Positions 13,270 through 25,001 of a stretch of DNA of 64,000 bases are shown here, piece by piece. The stretch spans positions 28,584,001 to 28,648,000 of the forward strand of contig CM052818.1 in assembly GCA_028534125.1 (NCBI GenBank). The letters run 5' to 3'. Position 1 is the first letter of the stretch. Every line of letters starts with the position of its first letter. This DNA is from Lama glama. Its lineage: Eukaryota. Made by a program: the position numbers and the translations under genes. Under the pieces are notes generated by a model. It ran no database searches. It was given only the letters and a program-made list of their open reading frames with translations, and had not been told where the DNA came from.

Positions 13270-15110
13270 ACGTATTTGATAAATAAAATATTTACTAGTC
13301 ACCAACCCACATCAAACTCTGTTGTATGTGCTGGAGATAGACTGGTAAACAAAACACAGTCCCTGTCTATATGGATTTTATAGTCTACTGGGTAAGATAG
13401 GCCAAAAATGACAAGGAAAAGCAAAACTCCGCAGATACATGTGTATTTTGCAATGAAAAATAGCCAGAGTAAAGGGCTGCAGACCAATAAGGGCAGCTAT
13501 TTTAGACATAAGGAAATTATTTCCTTTTCTGAGGCAGACTTTTAGACTGAAACCTCTATACGATGAGTCTTCTGGATTCAGTGTTACACGGTGCGCATGC
13601 CCTAGGATAGGAACTTCCCTAACCTGGTTAAGAAGTGGTAAGAAAGCCATTATTGCTGTAGGTGTGTGAGCAAAAAGCAAAGAGCCAGAGGATGGGGCCA
13701 CTGTGATCTTGAAGGGCATTTTAGCACAAGGCAGGGACCTTAACGTTTATTACAAGTGTCATGAGAAGCCACTGAATAATTAAAAATAAAAAAAAAAACT
13801 CAGTGACAGGAAGATCAGATCATGTTTTGTATTTCAAAGGCTGACATGGGAATAAACTGAAGAAGGCTTAGGAAAGCAGCACAGTGAGTACTTTAAAAGC
13901 AACAGCAGAAGTCTAGACAAGCAAGAACAATACTTTGGGCAATGGTGAAGCAGTGGAATTTGTCAGAATTGTTCTGATTCTGGATCTATTTTGAAGGTGG
14001 CACATACATGTGTTGCTATGGTGTGCAAAAAAAAGAGGAAGCAAGGATAAAGGCAAGATTCTGTCATGAGTATTCGTAGTACAATTTGCTGAAATAAGTA
14101 ACAGTGAGGGAGAAGCAGCCTAACGGGTCAAGAGATCAGTGGTGATAAGTGAAGTTTGAGCCAAGCGGAGATACCACTACAAAAACCTGAAATTCACGGT
14201 CAAACTTGGGCTGGAGAATTTGGGGAATCGTGAGAACTGAATTCTGCTTTACCCAGACACAGACCTGGATGAGACCGTCTAATGAGAAACTACAGATAAT
14301 TAAGGGTAATGTAACATGTACAGAGGTCAGAAGAATGAGGATGATACCACAAAAGAGACTGAGAACAAGTATATAGTGAGATCGAAGGGAAAATTAAGAG
14401 GGAGTGGGGTCCTGATTCCAAGTGAAGAAGTTTCAAGATGGTTTCATTATGCCAAAAACATCTTAAGAAGCTAAGGAAGATGAAGACTTACTACCAATTC
14501 TGACAATGTTAATAATCACTGGTGACCTTGACAAATGGGTTTCAGTTTTGTGCAAGGACAAGTACCTGAGTGGAGTGGGTTCATGAAAAAATAAGTTGGG
14601 GAAGTGAAGACAGTGAGTCTGGGCAACTCTCTCAATGAGATGTAAGGATTGCCTGCTGTTCCTCCTCCTGCTCTTGCTGATCCTGGCAGGAGGGGAAAGC
14701 AGACGATGCAGCAGAGACATGAAGTAATTGCAGGAGCAATAGCTTTGAGTAAGAAAAATGGGATGGGCACCAGGACACAAAGGGAGCGACTGGCCTCAGG
14801 CAGGAGTAGAAGTGTTCACTCATTGTGAAAGGGGGAAGACAGAATGTACGGTATAGACGCGTGTGCGTGTAGAGGGGTGGAGGGAGTGGCGGAGAAATGA
14901 AGGAGTGCCTGTCTGAATGCTGCCATGTTCTCAGTGACAGACAGTTCAAGGTCATCAGCTGGAAGTGAGAACAGGTGACTGGATGATGGAACCTGAAGAG
15001 AGAGAATAAACTATAAAATGGATAGAGAGAGAAACTTTAAATAGGGAAATGTAGTCGAGTTGCTGGTCAGTGTAAGAGTCATGGCTACAAATTTAAAATG
15101 AGACCAACCA
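13270..15110 (-). mobile_element. Long L2 LINE relic
   Basis: Begins with the antisense L2 3' end ('aaatatttactag...gtgctggagatagactggtaaacaaaacacagtccctg'). Continues with purine-rich antisense L2 motifs such as 'tcactggtgaccttgacaa' and 'ctgggcaactctctcaatgag'. Confidence 0.75.
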
Positions 15111-16339
15111 GTATTGCTAGGTGTTGCTCTCTGACAAGCTGTTAAGGGGTTAACTGGGGAAGAGCTGAAAACTGGACTTAACTACATCAGTACTTCCCAG
15201 GCAAGTGTGATGGACAGAAAGGCACGGAAGAGTGAGTGGGAGTGTGTGAAAACACAGCAGTGTGTGGTGGAAAATGGGGCTACATCTGGGAGAGGAAAGA
15301 AGTAGGGATGCTCAGTTATAGGCACTGAGACCAAATGAAGTTTAATAAATAAGATGCACACTTATTAAACTAATGCTGCCATTTTGATTTTGCACTTACA
15401 TATTTCATATATTCTGGAAGTTCTTCATTCAGGTAAGTGCCTTTTCTCTTCTATAAAAGAGAAATAATGACCTAATTACTTTACTTCATGTTTCCATATT
15501 CATTTCATCTGTCTACCCAAACTGGAAAGCAGCATAGCCTTAAGCCTGTCAAGGATTCTGGTGCAATCAACCATGACATTTGGGATAATATAAAAATTAA
15601 GATTGAATATTTGTGTGGGGGTCTGCATGTGAAGCGAAGTGAGATTCTGACAGCCCTGAATATGCATGAAAAATTGATGGCTAAGGTCACCCAAAAGTTA
15701 ATTTGCATAAATGGGAAATTGCTTTTCCTCAGGGAATAAGAAACCAGGGAGTGATGACTTAACTGTTGGAATGGGTGAAAAAACAAACAATGAGTGAGTC
15801 ATGGCATCTATATTCACTTACTTGACTTTGTCAATAATCCCTTTGGACTCTTACCTGATTCTGACAGTGAGCTGATATGGACACATATAAAACTAAAAAA
15901 AAAAAAAAAATCAACAAATGCCTAAACTACTTTTCTTACTTAATGCTGTTGCTTCTGAAACAAAGGGGGAAAATATCTGAAGAGCAGAACTATGTAGGAT
16001 GCCTCCAGCAGTGTATCATCAAGGAGCCCCAGTGAACACCAGGGAATAGACAACATCTAGACAAGGAAGCATATACAAGGAACACCAGTGAGACTGCTAG
16101 AAATAATACGAGGGGACTGACCCTGCAGGAAACTTGTGGTGAGGCACGAGCTCATACAACTGGGTTCAATAACTTTAAATCCTTGAGAAATTAAGGTTAT
16201 ACTAGAACTATAAACGAAATTTTGGTTAGATCATGTTTGTGGGAAGTCATATGAAGAGGCAAGTTGAAACAAACAGAAAGATGTGAAGGACAAGAAGTTC
16301 TGGGGTGATACAGGTTCAAGCATGAGTTAGTTATAAAAT

Positions 16340-16830
16340 TAAATCAAAATTCAAAAATTTCTCTCTTAGGTGTGTACCAAAAGAAATGTGTGATATTCAT
16401 CCAAAGACATGCAAAATAATTTTCATTATCCAAATGCCTGTCAACTGTCAAACAAATAAATGATGATATACTCACAAATGTAATATTATAGAGCCATGAG
16501 AGTAAATAAATTACAGTTTATGCAACAATGTGATTAAATTCACAAATACAATGTTCAGTAAAAGATGCCAGACATAAGAGAGTATATTCATTTATATAAA
16601 CTTCAAAATGAGGCAAAACTATGCTGTTAAGAATAAAACAGTAATTACCCTTGGTGGGTGGCTGTGACTTAAAGAGGCATGAGCGTTGGGAACTTCTGAT
16701 ATGCTGGTAATGCTTACTTTGTGAAAATTCATTTAACTTGTTTTTATGTGTGTGAAAAGAAAGATGTACACTTACAACTGTATACATTTTGTGTGTGTGT
16801 ATTAGGCCTCAGTAGAGTTCAAAAAATAAA
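16340..16830 (+). mobile_element. Old L1M (L1MC/ME-type) 3' fragment
   Basis: 'ccaaatgcctgtcaac...tgcaacaatgtgattaaattcacaaatacaatgttcagtaaaagatgccagacataagagagta...caaaactatgctgttaagaa'. Confidence 0.75.
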
Positions 16831-17998
16831 GAGTTTTGATTAAATTGGTTAACAGCAGCTACCACAGCAGAAAATTTAGGACATGTTTTGATGTAGGACC
16901 AAAAATTGCTTTAGAGAAACCCCCATGGGCACAGAGGGTGGGGAAAATAGACACTCTGAACCAAACAAGAAGTGAGATCCTGCTACCAAGTTAGAAACGA
17001 AAAGCTTAGTTTAATCAAATAAAATAATTTTAAAATGTGCTGAATCAGAATTGGGGTAAACAATTGTCCAGAACTGAAAGCAATGAAACAAACTAACTTA
17101 TACAATTAAAACATGGCAGTGATGTTATCCAAGTGAAAAAGCAATCTGCCAAGGAATGCCTGACCAAGCAGCAGTGAGCATACAGATAGGGTACTGATGT
17201 CCTGAAAAACAAATGATGTATTTGTCAGTTTGTGTGAAATGGACTTTCTGATCTACCTGACAAAATGACTCATTTAGAAAGGAATGATCAGAAGAGAGGG
17301 GAGGAGGCCCCTAGGAGGCTAGTAAGAGAGTGCTATTCTGTGAGATGGGCACTGATCCAATAAATGCCTCTAGCTTACTGATTCCATTCTAGAAAATGAC
17401 TCGTGAACAAAAGAATCTTTAAAGACTAAAGTGAATTACAGGATGGAGTAACGTCTAAGTACTCACTGTATTGATGTTGTTTTTAATCAGGTGAACCTGG
17501 TAAACACTCTTTGAAGAATCTCTGTGGTAGGATTTCCTTTTTACAAAGTAGCCAGGTTATGGTAAAATAAAACCAAAATAGGAGATCTTAGGGGAGAAAG
17601 CACTGTTCTCTCCCATTTCCGTGAACTATAAAATGTGCATATAAGAAAAACAAATGACCCAGTGTTCAGTTTCATTATACCAACACATCACAGGCACACC
17701 CCTCAAGCAAAACATATTGCTGTAAACAGACAAACATAAAATTCACATTGCAATACCCTATAAATGATGGCTCTGAAATAGTGTTAATTCTTTACTGTCA
17801 TGTTCACTCTGAGCATCTGCATAACCTCTCACATCTCAGTAATTGCTGAAAGACCACAGCCCCTTAAGGAACAAAAAACCAACATCTTCATGTGCCAGTA
17901 TATGATTCTCCCCAGGCACCATACGATCCCACAAAATGTATGACCTTTCTCAACATGATGGATCTAGGCAAGGCTTCCAACTTGGCTGTGCTGGGAAG

Positions 17999-18168
17999 GA
18001 GGGTTGCCAGATAAATACAGGATGCCCAATTAAATTTAAAGTGCAGATAAATAATTTTCAGTATAAGTGTACCCTGTGCAATATTTGGGACATAATTATA
18101 CTTCAAAAAATCCAATTCAAATTTAATTGGGCATCCTGTATTTTTATTTGCTAAATCTAACAACTCTA
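17999..18168. mobile_element. MER53 palindromic MITE (hAT) with perfect 8-bp TSD
   Basis: TSD CTGGGAAG at 17991-17998 and 18169-18176. Long inverted arms 'aaatacaggatgcccaattaaattt' / 'aaatttaattgggcatcctgtattt'. Confidence 0.92.
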
Positions 18169-19629
18169 CTGGGAAGAGTTCAGGCAAACCCATACTTCAG
18201 AGCCAAACCAACCAACCAGATTAGGGAAGTAAGGGAAGGCAACACAAGACGAATCCCACATTTATATCCATTCTCTACCAGCTACAAGTGGAAGAGGAAT
18301 TTCCACTAAGTTCCAAAAGCTAAGCTCTTGCTAAGTATAAGTGACCTGGCGATTTGGTAAAACACATTTCTCAAGTGCATTTGTTATCTTGTTGACAAAT
18401 CAGAGAAGCAGAAAAGCTGAAGTGTCAATTGAGGCTTCATCTTTCCTCAGGTGAGATAAAAAAAAAAAAACAGCTAGAAAAAAACATTTTCCACCCTCAG
18501 GAGTTCTTGATTTTTTGTAACATTTTTATTATAAGACTATAAAGAAAAGAGCATGATTTTAACAAGCCAACATAGTAAACTACAAACTAGTGTCGTTTCC
18601 TTCAAATAAAGAAGAATATAATGCATTTTAATAGAGCTACCACTATTTAGAATTCTTCATATAGAATCAACACAGAACCCCATCTGAAGTTCCTTTGTTT
18701 AGTCTTAGCATTTTCTCCCTTTAAGAGTGTATTTTATTTAAGAAATGACTATGTCATTTGGAATTTTGCCTGGAAAATAAAGTGTTTAATCTAGTTGAGT
18801 AATACTGCATTTGGCTAAAAAGATTTGGTAAAAAAGAAATTATATTTGGCTAGGAATCTAATTCTAAACAGCAATGTCAAGATATAGGTGTATGATGTCA
18901 TCATTTTAAATATGAAACAAGTCAATAACCAACTTTGAAGGAATGAGCATTTATGATTTTCAGGGTGTCTCATACATATATTAGTCAGTAACTCTAGAAA
19001 TTGATTTATTTTGGCTATCACTAAAGCACACACTTAAGTCAGAAATCACTCGGGAATTCTGAAAACCATCAATGGAGAGTCATACTGGGAGGCGATCAAT
19101 AAAGTAGTTCACATGATACATGCATAAAGGCAGTTCTTTACGAAGGAAATGTTACCTTCCCCATGAGCTAGTATCCCTGGACTTTAGAGCTGAATGGTAC
19201 TGAATGCCACAGCAGCATCTGGAAGTGCATGGTACACATGATAGGAGCAACAAATATTTGCAGGATTTTGAACTGCAGAGTCTGAAGAGGAGTGGCCAAA
19301 ATACAGTTTTGCAAACCTAAAGAATTCATAAATCAGGAGGAAAATCCCAACGTGTCAGATAGCGATTTACCTGTGGAACTCTCTACAGAATATTATTCTT
19401 GATCTGATATGAAATATTAGACTGAAAATATGAAGCTCAGGGGAGTTTCTGTTCCTTGTTAAAAAAAAAAAAGGAAAAGTAAAGTTAGGAGATTTTCTGT
19501 TGCAGGATGGTTGGTGTGATAAGGAACTTGTGATCAAAGATTTTCCTGTCTTGAAATAAACATTTCTATAACTTAATATTTCTATGACATAACTCTGACT
19601 TGATTTAGTTGGGGGGAAGGTTTTTTCCT

Positions 19630-20215
19630 AATAAATTTTATTTTTAGAGCAATTTTAGGTTTACAGAAATATTGCACAGAAAGTAGAGTTCCCATAGGGC
19701 TCCCTCCTCCAACACTCATACAGTTTCCCCTCTCATTGAAATCTTGCATTAGTGTGGTACATTTGTCACAACTGATGAACCAATAGTGATTCATTAACTA
19801 AAGTCCATAATTTACATTAATGATCACTCTTTGTGTTGTACAGTTCTATGGGCTTTGACAAGTGCATAGTGCCACATGTCCACCTTTACAGTATCACACA
19901 GATTAGTTTTACTGCCTCCAAAATGTCCTGTGCTCCACCTGTTCATCTAACTCCTTCTCCCTCTAAACCCCTGGCAACCACGGATCTTTTTACTGTCTCT
20001 ATACTTCTGCCTTTTCTACAATGTCATATAGTTAGAATCATACAATATGTAGCCTTTTTAGACTGGCTTCTTTCACTTAGCCATACACATTTAAGGTTCT
20101 TCTGTGTCTTTTCATGGCTTGCCGGCTCATTTTTACTGTTGAGTAATATTCCATTGTCTGTGTTCACTACAGTTTGCTTATCAATTTACCTTATTGAATG
20201 ACATCTTAGTTACTT
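19630..20215 (-). mobile_element. L1MC/L1MB-type 3' end
   Basis: Antisense L1 3' UTR: 'ccctggcaaccacggatctttttactgtctctatacttctgccttttctacaatgtcatatagttagaatcatacaatatgtagcc'. Confidence 0.88.
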
Positions 20216-20529
20216 GAGAGTTATTTTTAAACTATGAAACAATGGTGATTTCTTTTAAAACCTCATCTCAAGAAACCATCTCACGTTCTGCAACTTTTTG
20301 TGCTTCTTTTCTTGGCTATCATCTTTGCTTGCCTACCATTTATAAGGAATTTTAATGGTCCAGAATATAAGCGTGAAATTTACAGTACTGAGAGATGTTA
20401 TTACATTGTGTTCCTGCCACACTTTCAGCCTCTACCAAATTCTCACACACATACAACTGGTGAAGAAATCTTTCTTTGTTAACTCCTTTATTTCCGTCCC
20501 ACCTGCCCAACCTTACCATCTCTCAGTTG

Positions 20530-21040
20530 GATTATAATTATTTTATTCTAATTGGGTTCTCTCACTCTGCCCTTGTCCTCTTCAAATGGTGCTCTCCACA
20601 CCTCTGCCAGTAACCTGCCCAAAAAGCCAAATATCACCTTTCCTGGTATAAAATTCTGCAGAGATACTCTATGGCCTTCAGGATAAAATCCCAAATTGTA
20701 AGCACAACATCAAAGTCCTTTCTCACAAGGCAATGCCTCCTCACCATCTTATTATCCTTGGCTTCTATAATTCTGAACTATGGTTCCTCAGCTAAGCTTC
20801 TCTGTTTTCCACTTACTGTTTCTGCTCCCTGAATATCCTCCTTCTCTCTCATGTCTTCACTTTCCAGAACCTACTACCAACACAGATGTCTCCTCCAGGA
20901 AGCACTTCTTGAAGCCACAGCAGCATTTTACTTTATTTTTCTTTATGTAAAATTTTATTTCTCTTTAGCCTTATTAGATCTATTACCTTGAGAGAGAAGA
21001 ATCCGTGAAATTTTTATACTCCCAGTGTCTAGCTAATAAA
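20530..21040 (+). mobile_element. L2 fragment
   Basis: 'gctctccacacctctgccag...ttcaggataaaatcccaaa...tcctccaggaagcacttc' are L2 motifs. Confidence 0.65.
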
Positions 21041-21239
21041 TTTGATACCCATGTATAATCTTTTAAACAAAATTAATTTTTATGTCCCTAAAATTATATG
21101 TGGAAGCTTAATAGTTCACCAAAGAACAATGACAAAAAGCAATAATTAGATTTCTAATCAATGCAAACTGCTTTTGGGATGTTCAAGGATAGTTCATGTT
21201 TATATTTTTGTTCAATTCTCAAAATACCATCAGTAAAGT

Positions 21240-21645
21240 ATGCATCAGTTGCTTGTCTCACAAACCTACCTATAGCATCCTAAGCAAATAAAAGGTTTAT
21301 TTCTGTCACATAACAAGAAGCCCAGATGCTGGGCACCCAGGGCTAGTATAGTAGCTCCAAGATGCCATCGGCATCCCAAGACATTTAATTCTCTCTTCAT
21401 GGTCACAAAGTGGCTGCCCCACATACATCTTCCATCTTCCCTTCCAGTATAAAAAAGTGAGTGAATACCCAGAATTCATTTTTAATTTTACAGACCAGAA
21501 CTGGGACAAATGATTTCCTTAGCTGCAAGGAAAATGGGAAGTCTATTGTAACTAATCATGCTAACCTTCTGAGGAAAATCAGATCTCTATCAACTTGAAA
21601 AAGAGGTATGTGAATCCTGGCTAAGAAATTAGCAGCAATTAGCAC
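21240..21645 (-). mobile_element. MaLR LTR (MLT1I/J-like)
   Basis: 'aaaggtttatttctgtcacataacaagaagcccag...ggtcacaaagtggctg...ccagaactggg...agctgcaaggaa' is typical of antisense old MLT1 LTRs. Confidence 0.7.
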
Positions 21646-22699
21646 AAGAAATTAAGCGATATTGTTATCCCAAGGGTAACCAAGAGAAGTTAATTGCCCC
21701 ACCAGTCCAAATGATGGGTAGATAACTAGAACCTAGGCATCTAGGCAGAACCCTCATATATTTAATGGATGAAAAGTAGTATCCAGAGACTCATATACTG
21801 TAGATGTTAACCCATTATAAACCCATCACTGCTTTCTTCTGTAGGGAGAATCCTTAATAGGGTAAAGATTGAGGCATCAATTGATAGTTTCAATGGTATC
21901 TTTTTTAAGCCTGAAAAAAGCTCAATTTTGAAACTAAAATTCCCACCTCCATCCCCCAAACGTTAGAAGAGTTCTTTATCATTCATTCCAGCTGTCTATA
22001 GCCTTAGAGCTAGGAACAAAATCCACAAACGTAAATAGTGTAAACTATTTTCTTCTATTTTCTTCCTTTGCTGTAAGAAAATGCTCATTATATTGTTGGA
22101 AGAAAAAAAAAAACAGTAAACCAAATGAATGTAAAGCAAATTGACTGGTGCTAAGGACTATATTGTATGTGCAGCAAACCAAAACTTATAAATGAAGACA
22201 ATAAGCCATTTTAAAAGAGGGCTGAAAGTAATTTTCAGTAATGGAATGACCTGCTAAAGAAAGACACATAAAATATAGTAAAACCAGTTTCACATTAAAG
22301 AGAGAAGAAGCAGGGAACAATTTCCCATTAGATTTTTTTTTTGGTTTTTGCATAATAATCACAGAGTTAGTACATAATTTAATGATGTTTTGGGTCATGT
22401 GAAACTTTTCATAAACTTTCTAAGACTTACTGAAATTTTTGCACTTTTGAGATTAAGTAAAGCCTAAGGAAATCCATTTAGTTCATTTCCCCTATGCATA
22501 TAAATTAGGATTAAATTAATTTTTTTTAAAAACCCTTATTTTTTCATTATATAAATAAATAAACTAAACGCATTTTCAGTGATTTTATTCCTAGGTTGTA
22601 GGAATCATAGGGAAATTATTTTTTCTCTCTGTTATTTAGGATTTTTTGAATTTTGTAAAGTTTATTATGCATTGCTATTGAAAAAAAATGTGTTACATG

Positions 22700-24330
22700 T
22701 AAAAGGGATCCAAATTGGAAAAGAAGAGGTAAAAGTGTCACTATATGCTGACGACATGTTATTATATATAAAAAACCCTAAAAGGTCCACACAAAAACTA
22801 CTAGAGCCGATTGAAGAATTCAGCAAGGTAGCAGGTTACAAGATTAATGTTCAAAAATCAGTTGCATTTCTTTACACTAACGACGAATCAACAGAAAAAG
22901 AAAGTAAAGAAACAATCCCCTTTAAAATAGCATCCAAAATAATAAAATATCTAGGAATAAATCTAACCAAGGAGATGAAAGAATTATACACAGAAAACTA
23001 TAAACCACTGATGAAGGAAATTAAAGAAGACTTTAAAAAATGGAAAGATATCCCATGCTCCTGGACTGGAAGAATCAATATTGTTAAAATGGTCACACTG
23101 CTCAAGGCAACTTACAGATTTATTGCAATCCCTATCAAATTACCCAGAGCATATTTCAGAGAACTAGAACAAATCATAATAAAATTTATATGGAACTATC
23201 AAAGACCTAGAATTGCCAAAGCATTACTGAAGAGAAAGAAAGAGGCTGGAGAAATAATTTTCCCAGACTTCAGACAATACTATAGAGCCACAGTCCTCAA
23301 GACAACATGGTATTGGTACAAAAACAGACATACAGACCAATGGAACAGAATAGAGAGCCCAGAAATGAACCCACAAACTTTTGGTCAACTAATTTTTGAC
23401 AAAGGAGGCAAGAATATACAATGAAATAAAGACATTCTCTTCAGCAAATGGTGTTGGGAAAACTGGACAGCAGCATGTAAATCAATGAAGCTAGAACACT
23501 CCCCTATACCATACACAAAAATAAACTCAAAATGGATCAAAGACTTAAACATAAGACAAGATACAATAAACCTCCTAGAAGAAAATATAGGCAAAACATT
23601 ATCTGACATACATCTCAAAAACGTTCTCCTAGAACAATATACTCAAGCAATAGAAATAAAAGCAAGGATAAACAAATGGAACCTAATGAAACTTACCAGC
23701 TTCTGCACAGCAAAGGAAACCATAAGTAAAACAAAAAGACAACCTACGGAATGGGAGAAAATTTTTGCAAATGAAATAGACAAAGGCTTGATTTCCAGAA
23801 TATATAAGCAGCTCATACGACTTAATAAGAAACAAACAAAAATGGGCAAAAGACCTAAACAAGCAATTCTCCAAGGAAGACATACAAATGATCTATAGGC
23901 ACATGAAACAATGCTCAATATCACTTATTGTCAAAGAAGTGCAAATCAAAACAACGAGTTATCACCTCCCACCAGTCAGAATGGCCATCATTCAAAAAGC
24001 CACAAATGACAAATTCTGGAGAGGCTGTGGAGAAAGGGGAACCCTCCTACACTGCTGGTGGGAATGCAGTTTGGTGCAGCCACTGTGGAAAACAGTATGG
24101 AGATTCCTCAAAAGACCAGGAATAGACTTACCGTATAACCCAGTAATCCTGCTCCTGGGCATATACCCAGAAGTAATCCTACTTCAGGATGACACCTGCA
24201 CCCCAATGTTCATAGCAGCACTATTTACAATAGCCAAGACATAGAGACAGACTAAATGTGCATCAACAGATGACTGGATAAAGAAGAAGTGGTATATTTA
24301 TACAATGGAATACTACTCAGCCATAAAACC
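22700..24330 (+). pseudogene. Disrupted L1 ORF2 (reverse transcriptase) remnant
   Basis: YADD motif present. Premature TGA at 23422-23424, frameshifting deletions near 23770-23950, stop at 24242-24244. Zinc knuckle reads FWRGC...HCWWEC (first Cys lost). Confidence 0.93.
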
Positions 24331-24762
24331 CGACAATATAACGCCATTTGTAGCAACATGGATGCTCCTGGAAGATGTCATTCTAAGTGAAGTAAGCGAG
24401 AAAGAGAAAGAAAAATACCATATGAGATCACTCATATGTGGAATCTAAAAAAAAACACACACACGCACACACAAACAAAGCATAAATACAAAACAGAAAT
24501 AGACTTGTAGACATAGAAATACACACTTGTGGTTGCCAAGGGGGCGGAGTGTGGGAAGGGACAGACTGCGATTTCAAAATTGTAGAACATAAACAAGATT
24601 ATACTGTATAGCACAGGGAAATATATATAAGATCTTATGGTAGCTCATGGAGAAAAAAAGGTGACAATGAATATACATATGTTCATGTATAACTGAAAAA
24701 TTGTGCTCTACACTGGAATTTGATACAACATTGTAAATGATTATAAATCAATAAAAATGTTT
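22700..24762 (+). mobile_element. 5'-truncated lineage-specific LINE-1 (ORF2 RT C-terminal half, C-terminal domain, 3' UTR)
   Basis: ORF track gives '[26 protein letters not shown]...KYLGINLT...WKDIPCSW'. AATAAA at about 24750. Perfect 17-bp TSD aaaaaatgtgttacatg at 22683-22699 and 24763-24779. Confidence 0.98.
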
Positions 24763-24854
24763 AAAAAATGTGTTACATGAAGAAAGAAATTGTACACAAT
24801 AAGCAGCTCTTCATGTCACCATCTGAGATGGTTGATGCTACTTAAAATATCCTG

Positions 24855-25001
24855 CTGTGCCCTTTGAACAGTGTGGTACACACAGATTAGAAGAGGTGAC
24901 GTAAGACACAAAGTTATAAGCTATAAACACTGCTCAGCATTTTTATTAAAGAAACTGGCTTGAAGCAGCCAGGTGTTTTACAATACCACAGCAATGTAAG
25001 T
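24855..25001 (+). promoter_or_regulatory. Candidate promoter/enhancer module followed by a splice donor
   Basis: CTTTGAA 24862-24868, GATTAG 24885-24890, TGACGTAA 24897-24904, TATAAA 24922-24927, TGCTCAGCATTTTT 24931-24944, AAT|GTAAGT at 24995/24996. Motif evidence only. Confidence 0.3.

Noticed and set aside
14463..14955. Three overlapping minus-strand ORFs
   Set aside because: They lie within a degenerate L2 relic and show no coherent protein similarity.
17888..18309. Overlapping ORFs sharing 'NTGCPIKF...FKFNWASCI' on both strands
   Set aside because: Artefact of the palindromic MER53 element.
22579..23424. 281-aa ORF with a YADD reverse-transcriptase motif as a novel RT gene or retron-like system
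   Set aside because: It is L1 ORF2 from 22700 onward. The N-terminal 40 aa are chance read-through from flanking DNA with a GTG start, and the ORF ends at a premature stop.
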